Shown piece by piece: positions 19,704 through 29,309 of a stretch of 64,000 nucleotides of DNA. Location: NCBI GenBank assembly GCA_965207065.1, contig OZ242260.1, positions 1,344,001 to 1,408,000 of the forward strand. The letters run 5' to 3'. Origin of the DNA: a bacterium (GTDB lineage: Bacteria > UBA8248). The notes beneath the pieces were generated by a model, which saw only the letters and a list, made by a program, of their open reading frames with translations, made no database searches and was not told the DNA's origin. How positions within the stretch are numbered: the stretch's first letter is position 1; each line of letters opens with the position of its first letter. Both the position numbers and the translations under genes were made by a program.

Positions 19704-19904
19704 CTATGCCTGACTTTCACTCACGCGATTCCACAATCGATCTATGTGATCTTTCAATTCCTCCGTTTGGTCAGAAAGATTGTCCATCCTCTCCGTAATT
19801 CTTCTGACGTATACAAAGCCGGCAATAGCGATCAGGGAAGGCAAAGCCACGCCGATGACCGCCATGAGTATGGAAATAATCTGCAATTGAAGTTCAATAT
19901 TCAC
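19704..19904 (-). CDS. Small hypothetical membrane protein (start uncertain)
   Basis: Hydrophobic stretch IISILMAVIGVALPSLIAIAGFVYV followed by a coiled-coil-like tail. Confidence 0.4.
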   Translation of the reverse strand: MNIELQLQIISILMAVIGVALPSLIAIAGFVYVRRITERMDNLSDQTEELKDHIDRLWNRVSESQA

Positions 19905-20137
19905 TTGGCCGACCTCCCCATCAAGCTCATTCTTGTGGGGTTGCCCCATCGCGCCTGTTCGCTCTCCCATACGAGAGCTTCGTCCATCGTGGTCGCGCTG
20001 CCCACCTGCTTGATGTAGCCGTCTTCCCCGAACTCCTGTTTGAGTTCGCGCTCGCGCTTTTCGAGATCTTTGGTGATGCCGGAATACAAGGTCTTCTTGC
20101 CCATCTTGAAGTGATACTTGTAGGTCTTTCTCGCCAT
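19901..20137 (-). CDS. Minimal GIY-YIG-like nuclease domain protein
   Basis: TYKYHF..LYSGITKDLEKRERE...EALVWE follows the YxY / YxG / R / E pattern; GGAGG RBS upstream. Confidence 0.6.
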   Translation of the reverse strand: MARKTYKYHFKMGKKTLYSGITKDLEKRERELKQEFGEDGYIKQVGSATTMDEALVWESEQARWGNPTRMSLMGRSAK

Positions 20138-20212
20138 TTTTCAGGCCTCCATGATTATCTCGTGGAGTAGCACCTCATCGTATCGGTAAACCCTGCATCC
20201 GGCAACGGCCTG

Positions 20213-20623
20213 TTATTCCCCGCTTAGTTCATCCAGCTTTCTCTCGAGCCGGTCGACCACTTCGGCGGCGTCGTCCGCCGGGTTGTAGTCCTGCGCCAGG
20301 TCGCCGTCGCCGCAGGGGCTTTTCACGACGAAGAACACGGACTTCTCACCGATGGTGCGCCCGCCGTGGCGCGTGTTCCGGGGGATGTGGACGAGGTCGC
20401 CCGGCTCGACGATGCGCTCCTCATCGCCCACGATCACGTAGCGCCTGCCCTCCAAAACGAGGTAGAACTGCTCCTCGTTGGGGTGGTAGTGCGGCGTCGC
20501 GCCCTCGCCCTCGAGGTAAGTCACGACGCCCACCTTCATCAGTTCGCCGGGCACCGTCTTGGCGGTCGCGGGCGATATCGCGGCGCGAACCTCTTCCATC
20601 TCGGAAATCTTGTAAAACGGCAT
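20213..20623 (-). CDS. Cupin domain protein
   Basis: PHYHPNEEQF and PGDLVHIPRNTRH motifs. Confidence 0.9.
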   Translation of the reverse strand: MPFYKISEMEEVRAAISPATAKTVPGELMKVGVVTYLEGEGATPHYHPNEEQFYLVLEGRRYVIVGDEERIVEPGDLVHIPRNTRHGGRTIGEKSVFFVVKSPCGDGDLAQDYNPADDAAEVVDRLERKLDELSGE

Positions 20624-20711
20624 TCTCGCTTCCTCCCTCATATGTATTCGTGATTTTTCTCATTCAAGAGACCGCCGGCCGCTCGGGAAAATGAACGTCC
20701 GAACGGCCCCG

Positions 20712-21116
20712 TTACATGAATTCGCGCAGCTTTTCCTCCAGGCGGCGGACGATCGCTTCTGCGTCTTCCGCATCGTTGTGATCCTGATCGAGGCTGCCGT
20801 CGCCCGAGGGACTCTTGGCGGTGAACATGCGCACCTCGTCGATGATGACGCCGCCGTGCTTCGCTCCCCGGGGGATGTGGACGAGGTCGCCCGCGACGAC
20901 CAGGCCCTCCTCATCGCCTACGATCATCCACTGCCTGCCCTCCAGGATGAAGAGGAACTGCTCCTCGTTCGGGTGGTAGTGGGGCCGCGACATCTTGCCC
21001 TGGGGATAGGTGACGAAGCCCACCTTCATCAACTCCCCCGCCAGACCCTTGAAGCGGCCCATGGGCTGGGCGGCCACGTGCGATTCGGCCATCTCGGATA
21101 CTCTGTAAAACGGCAT
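20712..21116 (-). CDS. Cupin domain protein, tandem paralog of 20213..20623
   Basis: PHYHPNEEQF and GDLVHIPRGAKH motifs. Confidence 0.9.
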   Translation of the reverse strand: MPFYRVSEMAESHVAAQPMGRFKGLAGELMKVGFVTYPQGKMSRPHYHPNEEQFLFILEGRQWMIVGDEEGLVVAGDLVHIPRGAKHGGVIIDEVRMFTAKSPSGDGSLDQDHNDAEDAEAIVRRLEEKLREFM

Positions 21117-21374
21117 TTGATACTCCTCCTTCCGTATTTTCCCCCGACACAGCGTAGAGAATGCGCGGGGCGACCCTTCCAGTCAGGAACAGCCGGAATG
21201 TTCTGGAACCCTTGTCACAGGCAACGCCGGATTTCGCCCATTCTATAGAATCCGCCCGCTTTTCGCACGGGAAAGCCCGAGCGCGCTCTCGGGCGAATCG
21301 ACGGTTCAAGATTGTGGTATTATTCATTTCGTAAGATGCCGCTTGACTCAAGAGTTCCCGGAGGAATTTCCGCC

Positions 21375-21944
21375 ATGCCTCGCCGCACCGTCAGCGGGCT
21401 CAGACGCTTCATCTCACTCACGCTCGTTCTCATTCTATCCGGCTGCGCGGTCCAGACGTTCCCCACCCTGGGTGTTTTGAGGGAGGGATTGGCCTCCATG
21501 GTGGGCGCGCCCGTTGAGGCGCTCGTCGAGAAGATAGGCTACCCGGAGAGCGACGTCGCCCTCGGCGGCCGCAAGGTCTACACCTGGGACCACAGGAAAG
21601 CCTTCACCTACCTGGTGCCGGAGACCGTATGCCGGGATGAGATCGTGTTCCACCCCCGGGGCCGCCGCGAAGTGAGGAGAGTGTGCGAAACGCATCAGGT
21701 GGAGAGAACGGTGCTCCACCACTGCACGATCAAGGCGGAAGCCGACGAGGATGAGACGATCACCGGATACAGCTTCGACGGCAACGCGGACGGATGCGAG
21801 CGCTTCGCCGTGTTTTTCCGGAATCTCCCCTATGAGGCGTGCATCCAGAAACTCTCCGGCCTCAAGTTCGCGGTGAACATCGGGACGGAGCCGCAGGAGA
21901 AGCTGTCCGCGGCGATTGCGCGGTGCGAGCGATTGCACCGCTAG
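21375..21944 (+). CDS. Hypothetical lipoprotein
   Basis: GGAGG RBS; signal peptide with LSGC lipobox. Confidence 0.65.
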   Translation: MPRRTVSGLRRFISLTLVLILSGCAVQTFPTLGVLREGLASMVGAPVEALVEKIGYPESDVALGGRKVYTWDHRKAFTYLVPETVCRDEIVFHPRGRREVRRVCETHQVERTVLHHCTIKAEADEDETITGYSFDGNADGCERFAVFFRNLPYEACIQKLSGLKFAVNIGTEPQEKLSAAIARCERLHR

Positions 21945-21975
21945 GCCCCGAGTCGTTACGAAGACTCCGGGGTTC

Positions 21976-23370
21976 TCATGCCGTCCGGCCCACGGGCTGC
22001 TCCCGCGCGCCCGCCCCGCCCAGAAGCGCCATCAGGGAATCGATTTCGGGCTGCGTCTCGAAAGATTCCAGAAGCGCGAGCACTTCCTCGTATTCATCGG
22101 CCGCGAGAGTGGTTTTCGCGCAATCGCGGAACTTGGAGCGTATCTTCGCATCCTCCATCGGCCAGAGCGCGCAGCCGCGCGAGACGTCCGTTCTCTTTTT
22201 GAGGACGCGCCCGTCGTTCAGGCAAACGCGCACCTCGCTCGGGCGGCGCTCTCCGGGCCGCCACCCCATGTCGTCCGCCGTGACGTGGATTTTCTTCATC
22301 CAGTCCTGGAGCAGGGGTTCGCGCACCGCCTCGTCCGTGAAGGTCTCGAGGCGCAGGTCCCTATCCAGGAGCATGCGCGCCAGGCAGTATTCGATGGAGA
22401 ACTTCCCCTCCAGCCCCGTCTGCGGCGTGTGGTAGCGGAGCACCTGGGTCGAGATTTCGAGCAGGGAGACCTCGATGCGCGCGACGTCCGCCGCCGTGAC
22501 GCCCGCCTCCTCCACCAGGTCGTAGAGCGCGTCCACCGCCGGGTGGGTCGAGAGGCAGCACGGGTAGGGCTTCATGTTCATGCCGGGATCGGCGAGTGAA
22601 TAGGGTCTTCCCAGGCTTTGGGCGATCTCATCGGGGTTCGGCGCGCCGCCCCCGGCGTATACTTGCAGGAATCCGCGCGGGGCTTCCAGTATCGTCGTGT
22701 TCGCCGTGAGGCCTGCCGCCGCGAGTTCCGCCGCGCGAAGTCCCGCCTCGGGCGCGAGGCCCGCGTGCAAGGGCTTCGTCATCGTGCCGAAGTTGGCGTG
22801 AACGCCCGAAGCGTGCGACGCCGCGATGCCGAGCGCGTGGCGCGTTGTTTCCACGTCGAACCCCCGCAGGTGGGCCGCGGCCGCCGCAGCGCCCAGCGTG
22901 CCGAGCGTGCAGGTGGAATGCCAGCCCGCGCCGTAGTGTTCGGGATTCATCCCCAGCCCCAGCTTGGTCGATATCTCGTAGCCGATGACAAAGGCTTCCA
23001 GCACCTCGCGGCCCGACGCGCCCTGCTTCTCCCCTTGCGCCAGTACGGCGGGCAGGACGACCACGCTCGGGTGGCCGCTCAGCAGGTAGCTCGAATCGTC
23101 GAAGTCGAGCGCGTGGCCCATGGCCCCGTTGACGAGGGCGGCCAGAGGCGCCGCGGCGCGCTCGCCTGAGCCGATGATGCTCGCCTCGGGCGCGCCGCCC
23201 ATTTTGCGCGCGAAATCGGCCACGATTCGCCCCACGGGCTCGTTCACGCCCGCGAGCGTCACGCCCACGGTGTCGACCGCCGCCTTCTTCGCGCGCTCGA
23301 TCGCAAGCGCCGGAAAATCCGCCCACTTCGTCTCGACGATGAATTCCGCCATCCGTTCGGTAACACCCAT
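21976..23370 (-). CDS. MmgE/PrpD family protein
   Basis: NGAMGHALDFDD, GHPS, GWHST, TKPLHAG and KPYPCC motifs. Confidence 0.93.
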   Translation of the reverse strand: MGVTERMAEFIVETKWADFPALAIERAKKAAVDTVGVTLAGVNEPVGRIVADFARKMGGAPEASIIGSGERAAAPLAALVNGAMGHALDFDDSSYLLSGHPSVVVLPAVLAQGEKQGASGREVLEAFVIGYEISTKLGLGMNPEHYGAGWHSTCTLGTLGAAAAAAHLRGFDVETTRHALGIAASHASGVHANFGTMTKPLHAGLAPEAGLRAAELAAAGLTANTTILEAPRGFLQVYAGGGAPNPDEIAQSLGRPYSLADPGMNMKPYPCCLSTHPAVDALYDLVEEAGVTAADVARIEVSLLEISTQVLRYHTPQTGLEGKFSIEYCLARMLLDRDLRLETFTDEAVREPLLQDWMKKIHVTADDMGWRPGERRPSEVRVCLNDGRVLKKRTDVSRGCALWPMEDAKIRSKFRDCAKTTLAADEYEEVLALLESFETQPEIDSLMALLGGAGAREQPVGRTA

Positions 23371-23434
23371 GTCGCGTCTCCTCGTTCAGGAACTTCAGGC
23401 CCATTCAACTCTTAAGAAAGTTTTCCTGGCGCCT

Positions 23435-24532
23435 TTATGACAAAGAACTACCTTTAATCGCGTTGATCGAGGCGGGATCGATCGAAACGTAAACGCTCGC
23501 GCCTGATTCGAGCAGCGGCAGCCGGTGTCCGTGCACGCGGATTTTCTGGTCGGCGGCGTTCAGCCAAAGCTCCAGCACGCCGCCCATATACACTGCCTTC
23601 TCAACGCTGCACTCGATGACGTTCGGTGTCCCCTCGGGAGGCGCCTCCAGGCTCGCAACGCAATCCTCGGGCCGGATCGAGAGCAGCACCTTTGAGCCTT
23701 CCGATACGCCTGTGCTCTTGCAGAGCAGCGGCACCTCGCCGACCTTCACCGCCGTCTGGGCATTGCCCGCGCCTGCGGCGACGACCTCGCCTTCCAGGAA
23801 GTTCGAGATGCCGACGAAACCGGCGACGAACTGGTTGGCGGGGTGCTGGTAGATGTCGCTCGGCGAACCCATCTGTTCGATGCGCCCCTCGTTCATCACC
23901 ACGATGATGTCGCTCATCACCATCGCCTCTACCTGGTCGTGTGTGACGAATATGGTGGTGATGCCGGATTCGGTTTGCAGTTCCTTGAGCTCCAGGCGCA
24001 TTTCCTCGCGCAGCGCCGCATCGAGGTTCGAGAGGGGTTCGTCGAGGAGCAGCACGTCGGGCTCGTACACCAGCGCGCGGGCGAAGGCGACGCGCTGCTG
24101 CTGGCCGCCGGAGAGCTGCGAGGGGTAGCGCTCCCCCAGGCCGTCGAGCCGCACCAGGCCCAGGGCGCGCTCCACGGCGCCTGCGATTTCGTTTTTGGGC
24201 GTATTCCGCATCTGCAGGCCGAAGGCGACGTTGTCACGCACCCGCAGGTGCGGCCAAAGCCCGTAGGATTGAAATACCATGCCCAGGTTTCGCTTGTGGG
24301 CGGGCACCAGCACGCTTTCAGACGCGCTCGATATCAGCCGCTCGCCGACATGCACGTCGCCGTCGTCGGGGGTTTCGAAACCGGCGATGATGTTCAGGGT
24401 GGTCGTCTTGCCGCAGCCGCTCGGCCCCAGCAGGGTCAGCAGCTTGCCCTTGGGCACCTCGAAGGAAATCCCGGCGACGGCGACCACCTCGCCGAATCTC
24501 TTCACCAGTTTCTCGACCCGTACGTTCTGCAT
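23435..24532 (-). CDS. ABC transporter ATP-binding protein (FbpC/PotA-like)
   Basis: GPSGCGKT, LSGGQQQR and LLLDEP motifs. Confidence 0.93.
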   Translation of the reverse strand: MQNVRVEKLVKRFGEVVAVAGISFEVPKGKLLTLLGPSGCGKTTTLNIIAGFETPDDGDVHVGERLISSASESVLVPAHKRNLGMVFQSYGLWPHLRVRDNVAFGLQMRNTPKNEIAGAVERALGLVRLDGLGERYPSQLSGGQQQRVAFARALVYEPDVLLLDEPLSNLDAALREEMRLELKELQTESGITTIFVTHDQVEAMVMSDIIVVMNEGRIEQMGSPSDIYQHPANQFVAGFVGISNFLEGEVVAAGAGNAQTAVKVGEVPLLCKSTGVSEGSKVLLSIRPEDCVASLEAPPEGTPNVIECSVEKAVYMGGVLELWLNAADQKIRVHGHRLPLLESGASVYVSIDPASINAIKGSSLS

Positions 24533-26256
24533 CAGGTGAGGCCCTCCACGTCTTTTTGTTTCGTGAGCCAGCGCACCATCGCCACCGAACCCAGCGACAG
24601 GATAACAATGATGAGCGAGAGGATGCACACGTGCGAGAAGAGCCCCTCGTCGTAGAGCTGGATGAGGATCGTGCTGATCACCTCCTTGTTCGAGCTGAAC
24701 AGCATGATCGAGGCGGAGAGTTCGCGCATCATCGATACGAAAAGAATGATCCAGCCGGCGACGATGCCCGGCATGGCCAGGGGCACGAGGATCTTCCAGA
24801 AGACGACGCCCCAGTTCGCGCCGCTCACGGCGGCGGCCCGCTCCAGCTCCTCATGGATCTGCGTGATGGAATTCGAAACCGACCGCACGCCGAAGGGCAG
24901 GAAGCGCGTGATGTATGCGATCAGGATGATCCACAGCGTGTGGTACAGGTTGAACGGCTCGCGGATGTAGGCCCAGAGCATGGCGAGGGCGATGACCGCG
25001 CCCGGAATCGCCACCGGAATGAGCGCCAGAAAATCGAGCGTTCCCCGGCCCTTCCAGGTGCTGCGGACCACGAAATAGGCGACCACGGCGGAGAGCGCGA
25101 TGCCGATAGTCGCGCCCATGAAACTCAGGAACAGGCTGTTCTGGATGGAGCGCAGGATGACCGCGCCCCCGTCGCCGGTGATGATCTCATGGATGTGGCC
25201 CAGCGTGAGGTATTCAAAGGTCGGCGGGCGTCCGCGGTTGGAGATGAACGTGCCGTAGATCAGCGTCAGCACGGGCAGGATCGCCGAAACCAGAAGGTAG
25301 AAGGAGGCGAAGGCCAGCGCGACGTATTTCCACGGCCCCAGTTCCACGAGCCGCGGCCGGAAGCTCTTGCCCGCGACCGTGGTGTATCTGGCGCTTCGGC
25401 CCAGCGCCCTGGTCTGGCCCCAAAGCGCCAGCCCGCAAACCAGCAGGATGGGGATCGACATGGCTGCGGCGTGCGAGAAGTTCGGCGGGATGCCGAGCAT
25501 CATGCGCCATAGCTGGGTTGAGAACACGTATATGCCGCCCGAGACGCCGATGGTCGCCGGTATGGCGAAGACCTCCAGCGACTGGATGAACGTGAGCAGC
25601 GCGCCGGAGAGGATGGCCGGCGCCGCCATCGGCAGCGTGATCCGGAGCGTCGTCTTCCACTGGTTCGCGCCGCTCACGTGGGCGGCATTCTCAAGCGTCG
25701 GGTCCATGTTCTTGAACGCCGTGACCGTGAAGATGAACACGTAGGGCGCTAAGGAGAGCGCCATCACGAAGATGAGTCCGCCCATGGTGAATATGTCGAA
25801 CAGCGGCTCCTTCGTGCCGGCCAGCCACTTCCAGAACAGATTGACGAAGCCGACGCGCGGCGTGCCGAGATAGGCCCAGGCCACCGCCACAACGACGGGC
25901 GGCATGATGAAGGGCAGAATCGCTATCATGTTGATGTAGTTTCTGAGCGGCGTGTCGGTGCGCCCGACGATCCAGGCGAGCGGAACGCCGATGAGCACGG
26001 ACAGACTCGTCACCCCGGCCGACATGACGGCGGTGTTCCAAAGCACCTCGCCCATGTACTCCGCCTCGAAGATGGCGAAGTAGGCGTCGAGGGTGAAGTC
26101 CGAGCTTATCGGGTCGGGTCTGAAGCTGCCCAGCACCAGCCAGAACAGCGGGTACAGCACGACGAAGCCGATGACGAGAAGACATCCCCATTCGAGTACC
26201 CGAACGGTGCTCGGCAGCCTGAACATGGCAAACGAACGGGGACGCATCTCAGTCAT
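24532..26256 (-). CDS. ABC transporter permease (FbpB-like, duplicated domain)
   Basis: Two EAA-type loops (LENAAHVSGA, LERAAAVSGA); multiple TM segments. Confidence 0.92.
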   Translation of the reverse strand: MTEMRPRSFAMFRLPSTVRVLEWGCLLVIGFVVLYPLFWLVLGSFRPDPISSDFTLDAYFAIFEAEYMGEVLWNTAVMSAGVTSLSVLIGVPLAWIVGRTDTPLRNYINMIAILPFIMPPVVVAVAWAYLGTPRVGFVNLFWKWLAGTKEPLFDIFTMGGLIFVMALSLAPYVFIFTVTAFKNMDPTLENAAHVSGANQWKTTLRITLPMAAPAILSGALLTFIQSLEVFAIPATIGVSGGIYVFSTQLWRMMLGIPPNFSHAAAMSIPILLVCGLALWGQTRALGRSARYTTVAGKSFRPRLVELGPWKYVALAFASFYLLVSAILPVLTLIYGTFISNRGRPPTFEYLTLGHIHEIITGDGGAVILRSIQNSLFLSFMGATIGIALSAVVAYFVVRSTWKGRGTLDFLALIPVAIPGAVIALAMLWAYIREPFNLYHTLWIILIAYITRFLPFGVRSVSNSITQIHEELERAAAVSGANWGVVFWKILVPLAMPGIVAGWIILFVSMMRELSASIMLFSSNKEVISTILIQLYDEGLFSHVCILSLIIVILSLGSVAMVRWLTKQKDVEGLT

Positions 26257-26274
26257 CGACCGGTCAGAAACCGG

Positions 26275-27285
26275 TTATTTCTTTCTCTTCGCTTCACGAA
26301 TGTGCTTGGTCATGAAGGAGCGGTATTTCTTCTGGTCCTTGAACACCTTCTCCCAGTTCGCATACAGCGGCGTGAAGGGAAAGGGGATGCCCTTCACGTG
26401 CGGCACGTCCGAGCGCGCGGAGTTGATTTTCACGTTCTGGGTGATGACCGTCTGGCCTTCCTTGGAAAGGATCCAGCGGTACACCCGCTCCGCGTTCTTG
26501 GGGTTCGGGCCGTCTTTCACCATGCCGAATGAAGCCGGGATGACCGGCGTGCCTTCTTTCATCTTGGCGATCTTGATCTTGGCGCCCTTGTTGATGCGCC
26601 GGATGGCGATGTATTCGAACACCATCGTCACGTCGCGCTCGCCCGTGGCGACGCGCTCTGTCGAGGCGCCCATGCGCGACTGCACCAGCGCGCCGTTATA
26701 GAGCAGGCCCTTGATGTATTTCTCGCCGAAACCATCCGCGCCGTAGAAGAAATCCCACAGACCGGCGGACTGGAACGGGTCGACCAGCACGAGTCGGTTC
26801 TTCCATTTGGGCCCCGTCAGTTCGGCAAAGCTCGTCGGCGCCTCGCCGGGCTTCACGTTGTCGGTGTTGTAGATGACCTGCAGCGTCGGCGCGCGCAGCC
26901 CGACCCACTGGGCTTTTTCGTCCTTGCCCCAGGCCGGGAACTTCTTGGCCTCGGGGAACTGCGTGACGTTCTTCACGTAGCCTCTCTTGGCGAGGTCGTA
27001 CCAGCCCGGCGTGTAGCTGAAGTGCAGCAGATCGATCTTGCCCTTGCCGACTGAACGCTCCGCTACGAAGCGCTGGTAGAGGCTCACGCCGCCCGCGGTG
27101 ATGGACTGCACCTTGATGTCCGGGAATTTCTTTTCGATTCCCTTCACCAGCGTCGCCTGCGCAGCCGTGGTGAGCGAGGAGTAGAAGATGAGGTTGGCTT
27201 TTTGCGCCACGGCCGCCTGGGACGTGAACGCCACGAACCCGGCAATGAGCAAAATCACGAGAATCGACTTGCTGTATCGTTTCAT
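26275..27285 (-). CDS. ABC transporter substrate-binding protein (FbpA/AfuA-like)
   Basis: Signal peptide; IYNTDNV..APTSFAEL..PKWK motif; operon context. Confidence 0.88.
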   Translation of the reverse strand: MKRYSKSILVILLIAGFVAFTSQAAVAQKANLIFYSSLTTAAQATLVKGIEKKFPDIKVQSITAGGVSLYQRFVAERSVGKGKIDLLHFSYTPGWYDLAKRGYVKNVTQFPEAKKFPAWGKDEKAQWVGLRAPTLQVIYNTDNVKPGEAPTSFAELTGPKWKNRLVLVDPFQSAGLWDFFYGADGFGEKYIKGLLYNGALVQSRMGASTERVATGERDVTMVFEYIAIRRINKGAKIKIAKMKEGTPVIPASFGMVKDGPNPKNAERVYRWILSKEGQTVITQNVKINSARSDVPHVKGIPFPFTPLYANWEKVFKDQKKYRSFMTKHIREAKRKK

Positions 27286-27501
27286 GTTCGTCTCTCCTTG
27301 ATGGTGGAACGAATAGCCCTAAGAACAAGTCTGTTGAGAACTCGTTCTCTGCGAATCTTTCCGGCGCGGTTGCGCTGTGGCTACCCCGAATTTTGTATAT
27401 GTGTTCATTAGAGCAGGTTCGGGAGGTCGGGTCAAACGATCTCCGGGCGGGTCGAACGAGGTCGCACCGGGTTAAAGATTGCGTTGTAAATGTCCTTGTC
27501 G

Positions 27502-27600
27502 GGGGACATCGCCTCTAGCGGGAAGGCCGCTTCCGCACGAACCCCCGACTCTCTTCGTCAGAACCAACCCCCCTTATCAGGGGGCTTTTTCAACAACCCC
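27502..27600. repeat. Truncated copy of the 60123/62585 palindromic element family
   Basis: CCCCCCTTATCAGGGGGCTTTTTCAACAACCCC matches the core and terminus of the element at 60123-60390. Confidence 0.55.
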
Positions 27601-29018
27601 TACAACTCGGGTTTTCGCTCGCGCAATCCGGGCGTCGCTTCCTCGTATGCGTGGCCGACCCGGAACCCGCGCGCCTCGTCGCCGGGGCGGGTCGTGATCT
27701 GCATCGCCATCGGGAGTCCGTGGACGGAATCGAAGCCAGTCGGCACCATCAGGCCGGGGAAGCCCCAGAAATTCTGCACGCCCGTGAGGTTGCGCCCCAG
27801 GCCGATGAAGTCCATCTCCTTGCCGTTCACGAGCGCCGTGGTCGTCTCGACGGGCGCTGCGAGGCAGGGATAGCCGGGCGAGAGCATGGCGTCGTAAGGG
27901 GCCATAAGGTCGATCATCATGCGCGTCAGCGCCTTGCGGCGGTTGATGGCGTCGATATAGGTCGCCAGCGTGGTTTTCTCGGCGTTCGCGATTCGCTGTT
28001 GCAGACGAATCCCGTAGCCTTCCGGGTCCGCGTGATAACGCTCGCCGTGCACGCGGTAGAACTCCGCGTCCGCGATGGCGCGGCGGTGGGGGTTGATCTC
28101 CCCCGCGAAGGAGCAGGGGACTTCCTCGATTTCAGCGCCCAGCCTGCGCAGCGCGTCGATCGCCGCCTCGAACGCCTCCAGGATGGGCGCATCGATCTCG
28201 ACGTCGATCAAATCAGACGAAATCATGAAGCGCATGCCTTGGACGCCCTTTTCCAGGTTGGCGGAAAAATCGGGCGTTTCGATATCGGCGGAAAATGGAT
28301 CGTCCGGGTCGTAGCCCGCGAGCGCCTGAAACAGCAACGCGCAATCGCGCACCGTCCGCGTCAAGGGTCCCACATGGTCGAGACTCGTCGCATTGGGATA
28401 TACGCCGCGCAGGCTGATCCGCCCGTAGGTCGGCTTTAAGCCCACCACGCCGCAAATCGCTGCCGGTCCCCGAACGGACCCGCCGGTGTCGGTGCCGAGC
28501 GCGCCGGGCGCCATTCTTGCTGCGACCGCGGCGCCCGAGCCGCCGCTCGAGCCCGCGGGCACCCGGGTGAGGTCCCAGGGGTTGCGGCACGCCCCGTGGT
28601 GGGGGTTCTTGGTCGCCGATTCGGCGGCGAACTCCGCCGTGTTGCACTTGCCGAGCATCACGGCGCCCGCCTCGCGGAGCCGCCGGACGCACTCGGCGTC
28701 CTGGGCGGGCACGTTGTCGCGGTAAAAACTCGAACCCTGCGTGGTGCGCACGCCCGCCGTGTCGATGATGTCCTTGACGCCGATAGGAACCCCGTGCAGC
28801 GGCCCCCGGAGCCTGCCCGCCGCGATTTCCTCCTCGGCCGTCATCGCCTCGGCGCGTGCTCTTTCGTGCGCAATGGTCGTAAACGCGTTCACCGCCGGAT
28901 TGAGCGTGTCGATGCGCGAAAGGTGCGCATCGGTCACCTCAACGGGCGATAATTCACCAGCGGCGATTTTTCTCGACAAATCATCAATCGTGAGATCGCA
29001 GATTTCAGTTGCACTCAT
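27600..29018 (-). CDS. Amidase signature family enzyme
   Basis: GPLHGVPIGVKD, GSSGGSGAAVAA and GTDTGGSVR motifs. Confidence 0.94.
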   Translation of the reverse strand: MSATEICDLTIDDLSRKIAAGELSPVEVTDAHLSRIDTLNPAVNAFTTIAHERARAEAMTAEEEIAAGRLRGPLHGVPIGVKDIIDTAGVRTTQGSSFYRDNVPAQDAECVRRLREAGAVMLGKCNTAEFAAESATKNPHHGACRNPWDLTRVPAGSSGGSGAAVAARMAPGALGTDTGGSVRGPAAICGVVGLKPTYGRISLRGVYPNATSLDHVGPLTRTVRDCALLFQALAGYDPDDPFSADIETPDFSANLEKGVQGMRFMISSDLIDVEIDAPILEAFEAAIDALRRLGAEIEEVPCSFAGEINPHRRAIADAEFYRVHGERYHADPEGYGIRLQQRIANAEKTTLATYIDAINRRKALTRMMIDLMAPYDAMLSPGYPCLAAPVETTTALVNGKEMDFIGLGRNLTGVQNFWGFPGLMVPTGFDSVHGLPMAMQITTRPGDEARGFRVGHAYEEATPGLRERKPEL

Positions 29019-29309
29019 TCTCATATCCTCGATTGCGTGTGGATGACCAGATGAGAGGAAAAACCGGGCTTTCGGGCGATTCCATGCATCATGATACGGA
29101 TTGCGCATCCTAACAGGTTTCAGGGGCGGGGCTAAGGGGTGCAATATACCTTCAATGTTTCCTGCAGGCGTCATCTTGCGCAGGAGAGACCTCCCGCGGT
29201 TCGGCGCGCAGACCGAAAGTGCTAGGATGATTTCTCGTTTCCATCAATCTTATAGAGAGCGTCCCCGGCGAAAACCCGGGCGGCCTCGTCATCAGCAAAG
29301 GAGCGCGTC

